Below, piece by piece: positions 18,440 through 26,227 of a stretch of 64,000 nt of DNA (the first letter of the stretch is position 1; the number at the start of each line of letters is the position of its first letter). Source of the DNA: Anaerolineales bacterium (GTDB lineage Bacteria > Chloroflexota > Anaerolineae > Anaerolineales > UBA11579). The DNA is taken from the NCBI GenBank assembly GCA_040882365.1, contig JBBEBI010000041.1:16126-80125 (forward strand), in the 5' to 3' direction. The translations under genes and the position numbers were made by a program. The notes beneath the pieces were generated by a model, which had not been told where the DNA came from, ran no database searches, and saw only the letters and a program-made list of their open reading frames with translations.

Positions 18440-19377
18440 TGATTGCGGCTGCGGCGAAGGAAATTTTTGACTTCCTGAAAGCGAGTATTGATCGCATTGA
18501 GGGAAAGGCCGATGCCCAGGGCAATCAGACCGGTAGGAAGGCTAAAGAGTATGATGCCACCCAAGATGCTGTTGGGCAAGCCTTCCTGACCAAATAGATT
18601 CATCAACCGCAATACACCAGCAACGGCAGCCATCAGCCAGAAAACCACCGCCACGGCGCCGAACACGCGCAGCGGGCGGTGGTCGCGCAGCAAGATTGCG
18701 GCGGTCAACATGATGCGATACCCATCGGCAAAGGGGCGCAATTTGGAATGGCTATCCTCCGGGCGGCTGCGGTAACGGATCGGCACCTCCACGACGCGCA
18801 ATCCCTCGGCCAGCGCTTGCAAAGTGATTTCGGTTTCCACCTCAAAGCCAGAGGTAAGCACTGGCACGCTCTCTACGAAACGGCGATTTACGGCGCGGTA
18901 GCCGGAAAGCACATCGCGGAATTTGGTACCGAAGAGCCGATTGATGTAGCTGACGATCATGCGGTTGCCAAACTGGTTCATGCGTTTCATGTTGGCGTCC
19001 GACGCGGCCGCCAGGCGCTCCCCAACCACCATATCAGCCTCGCCCGCCAACACGGGCGCGATCAGCGCGTGGATGTCGTCCGCAAAATAGGTGTCATCCC
19101 CGTCCACAACGACGATCACATCTTCTCTCAGCTCATCGAAGATGGCGCGTAAGACATTTCCTTTCCCCAGGGCCGCCACCCGGCGCACCTCCGCGCCGGC
19201 ATTGCTTGCCAGTTCCGTGCTCGCGTCGGTGGAGGCATTGTCGAATACGTATATGGCGGCATCGGGAAGCGCCTTGTGAAAACCCTGCACCACACCCGTG
19301 ATCGTAGTCGCCTCGTTATGGCAAGGAATGGCGACTGCCAATTGTTGTTTGCGGGAGAAAATCCTGCGCGGGGCCAT
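18436..19377 (-). CDS. GT2 polyprenyl-phosphate glycosyltransferase (GtrB/ArnC/DPM1-like)
   Basis: LAVAIPCHNEATTI...YVFDNASTDAS...VVVDGDDTY (DxD). Two C-terminal TM helices (VFGAVAVVFWLMAAVAGVL; ILGGIILFSLPTGLIALGIGLSL) give the GtrB/ArnC architecture. The start is moved to ATG 19377 (MAPRRIF...), directly after the upstream stop at 19380-19382. The track start at 19458 would overlap that gene by 79 nt. Confidence 0.8.
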   Translation of the reverse strand: MAPRRIFSRKQQLAVAIPCHNEATTITGVVQGFHKALPDAAIYVFDNASTDASTELASNAGAEVRRVAALGKGNVLRAIFDELREDVIVVVDGDDTYFADDIHALIAPVLAGEADMVVGERLAAASDANMKRMNQFGNRMIVSYINRLFGTKFRDVLSGYRAVNRRFVESVPVLTSGFEVETEITLQALAEGLRVVEVPIRYRSRPEDSHSKLRPFADGYRIMLTAAILLRDHRPLRVFGAVAVVFWLMAAVAGVLRLMNLFGQEGLPNSILGGIILFSLPTGLIALGIGLSLNAINTRFQEVKNFLRRSRNQ

Positions 19378-19379
19378 GC

Positions 19380-20009
19380 CTAAGCCTTCCTGAGCAGCAT
19401 CCATTGATTCATGCCCATTGAGAATTCCTGATATTGCTCGACCGACAATCCGGCACAATCGGCCAGAGCCTTCAGGCCTGTTTGTGTAAGGTACAGCTTA
19501 TGGTCTTTGATCTCCTGACGATCGAAAATTCCAAGGCGCGCCAACTTCTTCAATACAAAATGGCCTTGCGGAGCCGGCGTGGTCAGGCCGGCCAAACCGT
19601 CCTTGCGTAAACACTTTGCGATCAAATCAAAATGCGCCTGCGGATCAAGGAGATGCTCGATGACGGCCAGGGAGAGAACTCCATCATAGGTTACTTTTGG
19701 TATCCACGTAGTGAGGTCCGCTTCGATGAGGTCAAATCCGTGGGTTTCGCTGGTAACCGATAAATCCACTCCAGTGAACTCGACTCCAGGATAGCCTTGG
19801 CTTAAGGCAGCCAAATTGCGTCCCCAAAATCCGCACCCCAATTCGAGGCACTGGAGTTCCTTGCCCGGGTTCTCGGAAACCAACAGGTCGAGAAACGAAC
19901 GAGCCCGAAACAAGCGGCGGCGGATGGCGAAATCTTCCAGGCCACGGAAGGTACGCTGCTGACCGTATGAATGAGACCGCTTTGCAGTGGAAATCTGTTT
20001 GGCCATCAT
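19380..20009 (-). CDS. Small class I SAM-dependent methyltransferase
   Basis: Motif I CLELGCGFWGRN, then YDGVLSLAVIEHL. ATGA overlap (20006-20009) with the radical SAM gene. Confidence 0.7.
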   Translation of the reverse strand: MMAKQISTAKRSHSYGQQRTFRGLEDFAIRRRLFRARSFLDLLVSENPGKELQCLELGCGFWGRNLAALSQGYPGVEFTGVDLSVTSETHGFDLIEADLTTWIPKVTYDGVLSLAVIEHLLDPQAHFDLIAKCLRKDGLAGLTTPAPQGHFVLKKLARLGIFDRQEIKDHKLYLTQTGLKALADCAGLSVEQYQEFSMGMNQWMLLRKA

Positions 20010-21490
20010 CTACTTAGCCAGCGCAACATCAACGCCCGATAGGGCACCATTTCCATCTTGGTTTCAAAGCGGCGCCTCAGAAAATTCCAGGGCTGACGCA
20101 GCAATTTGAAAGGATGATAACGCAATTTCCACCACAGGAAATGGGCGTATAGGCGCACACGATAACGATTAAGGCGGGCATAGTCGGCGCGCCAGGTGGG
20201 GCTGAAGTTCAATTCTGAGAGCGTCGTATAACCCGAGAACTGCTCATGGATCGACGAACCGGGCACCGGAGTAATGACAAACAGCGCAATCTCATCTACG
20301 CCCACGCGGGTAAGGTCCCGCGCAAGATCCCAGGTCGTTTGCAGATCCTCATCCGTTTCACCCGGATATCCGAGAACAAAGCAGGCCTGCGAGCGGATGC
20401 CCACCTGGTTCATGCGCTTGACCAACCGGACCGCATGCTCAAGGTTGAACGGCTTGCGCATCAGTTTCAGCAGGCGCGGTGAGCCCGTCTCCGGAGAGAT
20501 AGAAATATAGCGGCACCCCGCCTTGGCCATCAGGTCGATGGTTTCCTCGTCGCGCATGGTTTCCACTTTTGTGCCCGCCGCGATCTTCCAGGTCACCTTC
20601 AACCGGCGACAGATGAGCTCGTTGCACATCTCGCGAATGCGTCGATCGGAAATTGTGGGATCCAAATCTTCGATGTGGAATTCGTGCACATGCAGCGTCT
20701 TAGCAAAATGCTCGATCTCGGCGACCACGTTGCCAGCGGAACGCGGGCGCCACTTCTGGTTGTTGGTGGCTGGGACTACGCAGAAGCCGCACGGGTAGGG
20801 GCAGCCGCGCGAGGTCAGCAGTGGCAGATAGCGGCGCGCCGATACGGGCCCGTGGGCGAAGCGCAAAGACCAGTAATTATCGAGGGGGAATAGATCCCAG
20901 GCTGGGAAGGGCAACGCGTTAAGTTCCTCTTCAGAAAGATATCCGTTTGGAGGGCTGTAGAACTTAGACGAACCCAGCCCGTCGATCCCACGTAGAGTTT
21001 CCTCGGGCGCCGAGGGATTCAGCGCTCCCAGCAACCGGATCGCCCTACGCTCAGACTCGCCGGTAAGAATGAAATCGGCGCCTGCCGCGTAGAATTCCGC
21101 TGCCACGTGGGAGAGCGCATAGGCGGTCACCGCTTGGGTGTTCTCCACCACGATCACCGGCACCTGGGGGAGCGCCTGCTTTATGGCGCGGACGATCGAC
21201 ACCGTGGAAATATGGTTGGTCAGGTTTATGGCGTAGACAAAAACCGCGATGACCTCTTTGGGCAATTGCTCGACGATCTGCGCCTCGGCGAGACCGAAGA
21301 ACTGGAATTTGCCTTCCGCACGGTTCCGGCGCGGGGCCGCTGCATAAGCGTCGATCACCTGAACTAGGTAACCGCCCTGCCTCAGCGCGGCCGCCAGGTA
21401 AGCAAGACTGATGGGCATGTACACGATCCCGGTCGTGAACGGGTCGCTACGCTGCACAACGAGATTGGGATTGATCAGGGCAATGGACAT
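20006..21490 (-). CDS. Cobalamin-binding radical SAM enzyme (class B, methylase-like)
   Basis: The N-terminal region of about 150 aa has a B12-binding-domain layout (IALINPN...PISLAYLAAALRQGGYLVQVIDAY...PVIVVENTQ...). The radical SAM cluster motif is LLTSRGCPYPCGFCVVP (CxxxCxxC), followed by ISISPETGS and FVLGYPGETDED. Confidence 0.85.
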   Translation of the reverse strand: MSIALINPNLVVQRSDPFTTGIVYMPISLAYLAAALRQGGYLVQVIDAYAAAPRRNRAEGKFQFFGLAEAQIVEQLPKEVIAVFVYAINLTNHISTVSIVRAIKQALPQVPVIVVENTQAVTAYALSHVAAEFYAAGADFILTGESERRAIRLLGALNPSAPEETLRGIDGLGSSKFYSPPNGYLSEEELNALPFPAWDLFPLDNYWSLRFAHGPVSARRYLPLLTSRGCPYPCGFCVVPATNNQKWRPRSAGNVVAEIEHFAKTLHVHEFHIEDLDPTISDRRIREMCNELICRRLKVTWKIAAGTKVETMRDEETIDLMAKAGCRYISISPETGSPRLLKLMRKPFNLEHAVRLVKRMNQVGIRSQACFVLGYPGETDEDLQTTWDLARDLTRVGVDEIALFVITPVPGSSIHEQFSGYTTLSELNFSPTWRADYARLNRYRVRLYAHFLWWKLRYHPFKLLRQPWNFLRRRFETKMEMVPYRALMLRWLSR

Positions 21491-21514
21491 AACAAGAACG
21501 CCTCATACGAGGCG
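21491..21514 (-). promoter_or_regulatory. Hairpin immediately 5' of the radical SAM start codon (SD-sequestering or terminator-like)
   Basis: Minus strand: CGCCTC-GTAT-GAGGCG followed by TTCTTGTT-ATG. The only GAGG near the start lies in the 3' arm of the stem. A TATAAT hexamer lies 10 nt upstream of the hairpin. Confidence 0.3.
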
Positions 21515-21546
21515 CGGGAGAGAATTATACCTAGTACGAGATACGA

Positions 21547-24180
21547 CTATTGAGGCGCACAAATGAACGCATCGGAGTCGTCCGCCAGTAAGTCGTGCCC
21601 GCCGTCATCGAGAAAGACAACCGCGGCCGCCCGAAAGTAAGTGCTTTCTGAACAACCCAGTACCAGCACGTTTACCGCGTTCGGAAAATACCCGGGCGGG
21701 GCTTCGAGTGGCAGGGCCACTTGATCATTCTCTGGACCAACGACCCAAAAAGCCATCCTTGAGAAGGGCAATGGATTGTATGCCGATTCGCCTCCCGACT
21801 CCCCAATCCCGGCGGGATAGAAACGCGGGTAAAGGGCGCGCCCCCATAGGGCTTTCGCTCCTCCTTGCCGCAAGAAGCCTTGCAGGTCCAAGCCGGTTAG
21901 CTGGGCCAACTCGGAATCCTCCCATTGAGCTTGGGCAGTGGCCGCATCCAAATCGAGGAAGCGGGCGGGCAACACAAGCTCTGACAAGGGGAGCAGCAGG
22001 CCGGCCAGCAGGATAGCGGCGGCCCAGCGCGGCAGCTTCTGTTGGCGCCAGGAAGGCGCTTTTTGCTGCCTGGCAGCCTTACCCTTAGCCAGCCTCGACC
22101 CAAAAAAGTAAGCCCAGAGCCACAAAGTGAGCTGCGCCAAACCCGCACAGTAGAACAAGATCAGCACCCAATCTACGGGAAGAATCAAGCGCCAACCGGA
22201 TACGCGGGCTACAGCCGTGCTTAGGTTGTAGAAGACATGTATTCCAATTGGCACCAGGGTTAGCCAGCCGGCTTTCTTCCACACAGCCCCAACGCCGATA
22301 GCGACCAGTGTCAGGTTGAACACCAGGGGCAGCCAGGCTTCACTTGGGAAGGTGCCATCCCAGGTTTGCCAATAAGGCGTCTCGCCGATATAGGTGTCCA
22401 GCGAGCAGCATTCGCTCCACAGGCGATCCTCAGCACCCAGCCAATAGGGCCGCAGGTTATAGAACGTGACGATCTTGTCGGCTAGATCGAAACGCACGGG
22501 CAAGGCCAGCAAGGAAGACACTTCATTGTGGAAGAAGTGAGCGGTGACAAAGGTCGCGACTTCTCCGGGATGTGTGAATGTGAATTGGGCCACTTTGGAA
22601 AAACCGAGCGATACATAATCAGCAACCGCCGTGCCCTCGGGGAATCCGGGGTCGGCCAATTCGGGCGTGAGGCTATATTGCTTGGCCAGGTACAAAGCCT
22701 GCAAGGGCTGCGAATATCCAAATTGACCCGTGTATTGATAGTTTCTCCACATCCATGGGAGCGCCGCAAGCAGGAACCCCAGCAAGAGAAGCCCTGCATA
22801 CGCCAGCCTGCGCACAGTTCTTCCCGCCTGCCAAAGAGCCAGAAACAAGGCGATTGGCAGAAAGATTATCGTTTGCGAACGAAGCAGCATCAGCAATCCC
22901 AGGGCGCCGCCTACCCAAAGCGGCCAGTGCAGGACGCGCCGATCTGATTGCAGCCAGCAAAGGACGAGCAGGGTGAACAGCGCAATGCCCAGCGCGGCCG
23001 GCAGATCCGTCATCAACAATTTTGAATGAGAGACATTGATGTCTCCGGAAAGGGCGATCGCATTCTGCTCACGGAAAATCATAGCCAGCGCTAGCAGAAA
23101 CCCCGTCAGGCGGTGATGCAGGAAGCTCGCCAAGGAAAAGAGAACTGCGGGAAAAAGAGCTAGTACCATGATTTGGGCCGCAATTACATTCAAATAGTTC
23201 TGGCCTACCAGCGCGTGGAGCACACCCAGGAAGAAGCTGTAGAGCGGCTTCTCGATGACGTCGTTAAAGCCTTCGCCGACCAAGAGGCTCTGCGCAGAAA
23301 GATCGTGAGTGGCGGCATCCGAGTGTGGGTAATACTCGAAATTCGGCGGGCGGGGAGTTGGGGAAAAGAAAGTGGGAGTGAGCGTTTGCGTTTGCCACGT
23401 CCAGATAGCAAAAACCCACAAGACCAGCGCGGCCAGCAAGTCAATGCGGGAAAGCCGCCAGCCAAACCTTTTCTCAATGAAACGCAAGACAAAATAAAGC
23501 AGACCCGCGCCCAACCATGCCAGCAAGACTTGCGTGGCTAGCAGGGGAACTCCCGGGGTGTCCCAGCCGGCGCGGTCGGGAACCAGCCCGAATCGGGTAC
23601 CCCACATGAAGACGGCGATGACAGCGATAGCGCCCAAAGCAGCGACAGTCGGAAGCCAGGCTTTGAAATCAAATGTGGAACGCTTGGGTCTGCGAAGCAA
23701 AGGGGCACAGATTAATATTTGAATGCTGAACAAGAAAAGCCACATCAGAGCAGGAAATAGCCGAAGCAGCCAGGCGCGTACGAAATTGTCGGTGAACTTG
23801 AAGGTGAGGAAACATAAATATAAAGAAAGGACGGAAAAAAATAAAGCAGCACCAATAATGGCTGCATAGACGACCGGATTATTTACCGCGGCCAGGATTT
23901 TCCTTTCAATGGATGGCAAGGCCTTGTGTCTTTTCCATCTCAACCAGAACAGAAGGGCAAACAGTACAGCGATAGCTAATAACCCTACTACTAGTAGCCA
24001 TCTGGTTGGTGAAAGGCCCAGCAGCCAGGCTGACGCGCCTTCGCTGGGCGCGCCGAAAACGAGGGTTATCGCCCCCAGTGCTTCCAGCGCCGGCAGCAGC
24101 AAAAAGAGCCCCAGCAACCTGGCCGTGCCTTTTTGCTCTCTGCGAGATTCTAGGTTACGGGCAGTCAAAGCTGCGCTCAA
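21547..24180 (-). CDS. Large polytopic GT-C-like glycosyltransferase candidate, paralogue of 13422..16004
   Basis: 877 aa with the same tripartite layout. Loop motif YPHSDAATHDLSAQSLLVGEGF. C-terminal domain GRALYPRFY...FSRMAFWVVGPENDQVALPLE... aligns by eye with the 860-aa protein. Confidence 0.5.
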   Translation of the reverse strand: MSAALTARNLESRREQKGTARLLGLFLLLPALEALGAITLVFGAPSEGASAWLLGLSPTRWLLVVGLLAIAVLFALLFWLRWKRHKALPSIERKILAAVNNPVVYAAIIGAALFFSVLSLYLCFLTFKFTDNFVRAWLLRLFPALMWLFLFSIQILICAPLLRRPKRSTFDFKAWLPTVAALGAIAVIAVFMWGTRFGLVPDRAGWDTPGVPLLATQVLLAWLGAGLLYFVLRFIEKRFGWRLSRIDLLAALVLWVFAIWTWQTQTLTPTFFSPTPRPPNFEYYPHSDAATHDLSAQSLLVGEGFNDVIEKPLYSFFLGVLHALVGQNYLNVIAAQIMVLALFPAVLFSLASFLHHRLTGFLLALAMIFREQNAIALSGDINVSHSKLLMTDLPAALGIALFTLLVLCWLQSDRRVLHWPLWVGGALGLLMLLRSQTIIFLPIALFLALWQAGRTVRRLAYAGLLLLGFLLAALPWMWRNYQYTGQFGYSQPLQALYLAKQYSLTPELADPGFPEGTAVADYVSLGFSKVAQFTFTHPGEVATFVTAHFFHNEVSSLLALPVRFDLADKIVTFYNLRPYWLGAEDRLWSECCSLDTYIGETPYWQTWDGTFPSEAWLPLVFNLTLVAIGVGAVWKKAGWLTLVPIGIHVFYNLSTAVARVSGWRLILPVDWVLILFYCAGLAQLTLWLWAYFFGSRLAKGKAARQQKAPSWRQQKLPRWAAAILLAGLLLPLSELVLPARFLDLDAATAQAQWEDSELAQLTGLDLQGFLRQGGAKALWGRALYPRFYPAGIGESGGESAYNPLPFSRMAFWVVGPENDQVALPLEAPPGYFPNAVNVLVLGCSESTYFRAAAVVFLDDGGHDLLADDSDAFICAPQ

Positions 24181-26227
24181 TAGGCATGAATAGTTCTATC
24201 GCCGCGTCCTTGTAATCGGCCACCGATTCATAATACGCCAACAGCGGGGTTGTTACCCAAGTAACCCAGGCATTGTTTTCTTCATTCAGACTGTCCCCAA
24301 CGCTTTCGATGTCGGGCTCTTTATACAAAATAGCCTCGCGCTCAGACACGATGAGCGAAAAGCGGCCGGAAGCCAGGTCGGAACGGACCTCCTCAAAAAA
24401 AAGTTCGTTGCCCGCCAAGGCCTGATCCATAACATATTTTTTTTCGTAATCAACAACCAACGGCACGTCACCCACCAGCCCAAAGGTAATGAGCTGGCGC
24501 TGATCCATAAAAAGGACCTCGCCATATTGGCGTGCGCAGGCTACATAGTCCTGAATGCGGCCGAGGACAAATTCGGTGCGCTCCTGAGACGGCCGCTCAA
24601 GCGGCTTGCCCGCCACCATTGGCATGAAAGCCGGAATGATGACAATGATTGCAAGTAGCCAGCGCACAGTCACCGCGCTTTTTTGCAGCCTAGAGAGATT
24701 GGGTGCCAGCCCTCCTTCCCAGGCCATCGCGGCCACCAGCACTAGGCCCACCAGGAACATGTCCATGTTATGCAAGTCTGTGCCTCCGCCCACCTTGACG
24801 CTGGCGATAACGCCTACGACCAGGAGGGACCCCAAGCCCAGCACGGTCACAATACGCTGCCACTGCACTGTCTTCCATAGCTTTTCCTTCGCCAAGTAAA
24901 TAAGCAAAACGATCAAGGGCAGCGTGGCAAGGGCAAGGCCTAGCAGGATGCCTGGGGGATAGATCGAATTGGGAAGCAAACGTTCCCAGAGGAAGGGCTG
25001 CTGGGTGGAAACGGCCTGCAAACCCTGCAGGGTTTCCACGGACGGGGTCGCAGGAACAGGGGCAGCATCACCTGCCACCAGGAAGGGGAAAAAGCCCACG
25101 ACGATACCAACAAGGATGGGCAGCCCTTTGCTCCAGATTCCAGCCAGCCCAAGGGCCAAGGCGCTGAGCCAATCGCGCCAAACTAATCTGCCCCGCTCAA
25201 GGACGGCGTCTCCGAAAGCCAACAAGACAACCCAAATGCCAGCCGCAAATCTCCAGCTGTAGCGGCTGAGGCCCGCGTAATGGCCGGCGATGTAGGCCAA
25301 CGGCAAGGCTAGCCAGATGGGTTTGCGCCGCGCCACCGCCACTAGCATCGCCGCCAGCACCAGCGGCGAGTAGACGGGCCCCTGGTTTAGGAAAATGAGT
25401 GCCCACAGGCCAGCCAGCAGCCACTGATTTCGCCACCTGATCCCCGGCCAGAACGCGGCCCACCCCAACACCGCATAAGGCACGGTCACCAGGATGGCGC
25501 CCCACAGGCGAACAGCCCAGATGGGAACATGCGGAATGAGAAAAGGGAGACCCCACAGCGTTTGCCGACCGGGATCGATCCAGGCAAATATGGGCTCTTC
25601 TCCGGAAATGTTGTAACGCTCGCTGCCAAAAGCGATTGAATAGTCCCAAAGGCGATTCCCTTCGGACCAGTGCAGAGCAAACGGATAATCGCTAACCAAA
25701 ACGAATGATTCGGCCAATACCAATATTGCTCCCAGCACAAGGCCAGCCACCAGGAACGTTGGCCACTCAACAATTTCCTTTTTGGAGGTGGTAAGCAAAA
25801 AGGCACTAACAATCAACACAAGGCTGAATAGAAAAAGACGGAAAAACAATCCAGTGAAGAGCCCGCCCCAAGAGGAGTAAAACACAAACCAGGCCAGGAA
25901 CAATAGTACGAGAAGTATTAGGGGCCAGCGCCAACCACCAAGGTTTCGCCGCCAAGCCAACAAGCGATTTTCCAACACTTTCCAGCCTGGCAGGTAGAGC
26001 CAGGCGAATACCAAGGACAACAATCCGGCGAAAAATAGATAGAAGGCCAGTAAGGCAGCTGCCCATTTTATTGATAATCTCCCCAACCAGGAGCCAGACC
26101 CCCAGCCGAGGGAAAATAGCTCAATCCCGGCCAGAATTAACAAAAGGGCAACCGCGGCAAGCAAAATTGCCCGCTGATAGGGTGGCATCGCAGCCGGTCG
26201 ATTAGGGACGGAGTTCTTATGCGCCAT
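24155..26227 (-). CDS. Polytopic membrane protein with C-terminal soluble domain (function unknown, possibly glycan transferase/polymerase)
   Basis: 690 aa, with more than 12 hydrophobic spans and a C-terminal non-membrane region of about 170 aa (EVLFMDQRQLITFGLVGDVPLVVDYEKKYV...). 26-nt overlap with the downstream 877-aa gene. Confidence 0.35.
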   Translation of the reverse strand: MAHKNSVPNRPAAMPPYQRAILLAAVALLLILAGIELFSLGWGSGSWLGRLSIKWAAALLAFYLFFAGLLSLVFAWLYLPGWKVLENRLLAWRRNLGGWRWPLILLVLLFLAWFVFYSSWGGLFTGLFFRLFLFSLVLIVSAFLLTTSKKEIVEWPTFLVAGLVLGAILVLAESFVLVSDYPFALHWSEGNRLWDYSIAFGSERYNISGEEPIFAWIDPGRQTLWGLPFLIPHVPIWAVRLWGAILVTVPYAVLGWAAFWPGIRWRNQWLLAGLWALIFLNQGPVYSPLVLAAMLVAVARRKPIWLALPLAYIAGHYAGLSRYSWRFAAGIWVVLLAFGDAVLERGRLVWRDWLSALALGLAGIWSKGLPILVGIVVGFFPFLVAGDAAPVPATPSVETLQGLQAVSTQQPFLWERLLPNSIYPPGILLGLALATLPLIVLLIYLAKEKLWKTVQWQRIVTVLGLGSLLVVGVIASVKVGGGTDLHNMDMFLVGLVLVAAMAWEGGLAPNLSRLQKSAVTVRWLLAIIVIIPAFMPMVAGKPLERPSQERTEFVLGRIQDYVACARQYGEVLFMDQRQLITFGLVGDVPLVVDYEKKYVMDQALAGNELFFEEVRSDLASGRFSLIVSEREAILYKEPDIESVGDSLNEENNAWVTWVTTPLLAYYESVADYKDAAIELFMPIERSFDCP

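Noticed and set aside
18436-19458. Longer track starts for several genes (19458, 35288, 38523, 5601, 58473, 61922)
   Set aside because: Each extension overlaps the preceding gene. Each has an internal ATG or GTG that abuts or ATGA-overlaps the upstream stop, and the conserved domain begins only after that internal start.
13422-26227. GT-C-like proteins as PglB/AglB/STT3-type oligosaccharyltransferases
   Set aside because: I searched the 517-, 690-, 860- and 877-aa translations for a WWDxG motif and found none. The nearest strings (WQTWDG, LWDSP) do not fit. They are more ArnT/PMT-like, if they are GT-C at all.
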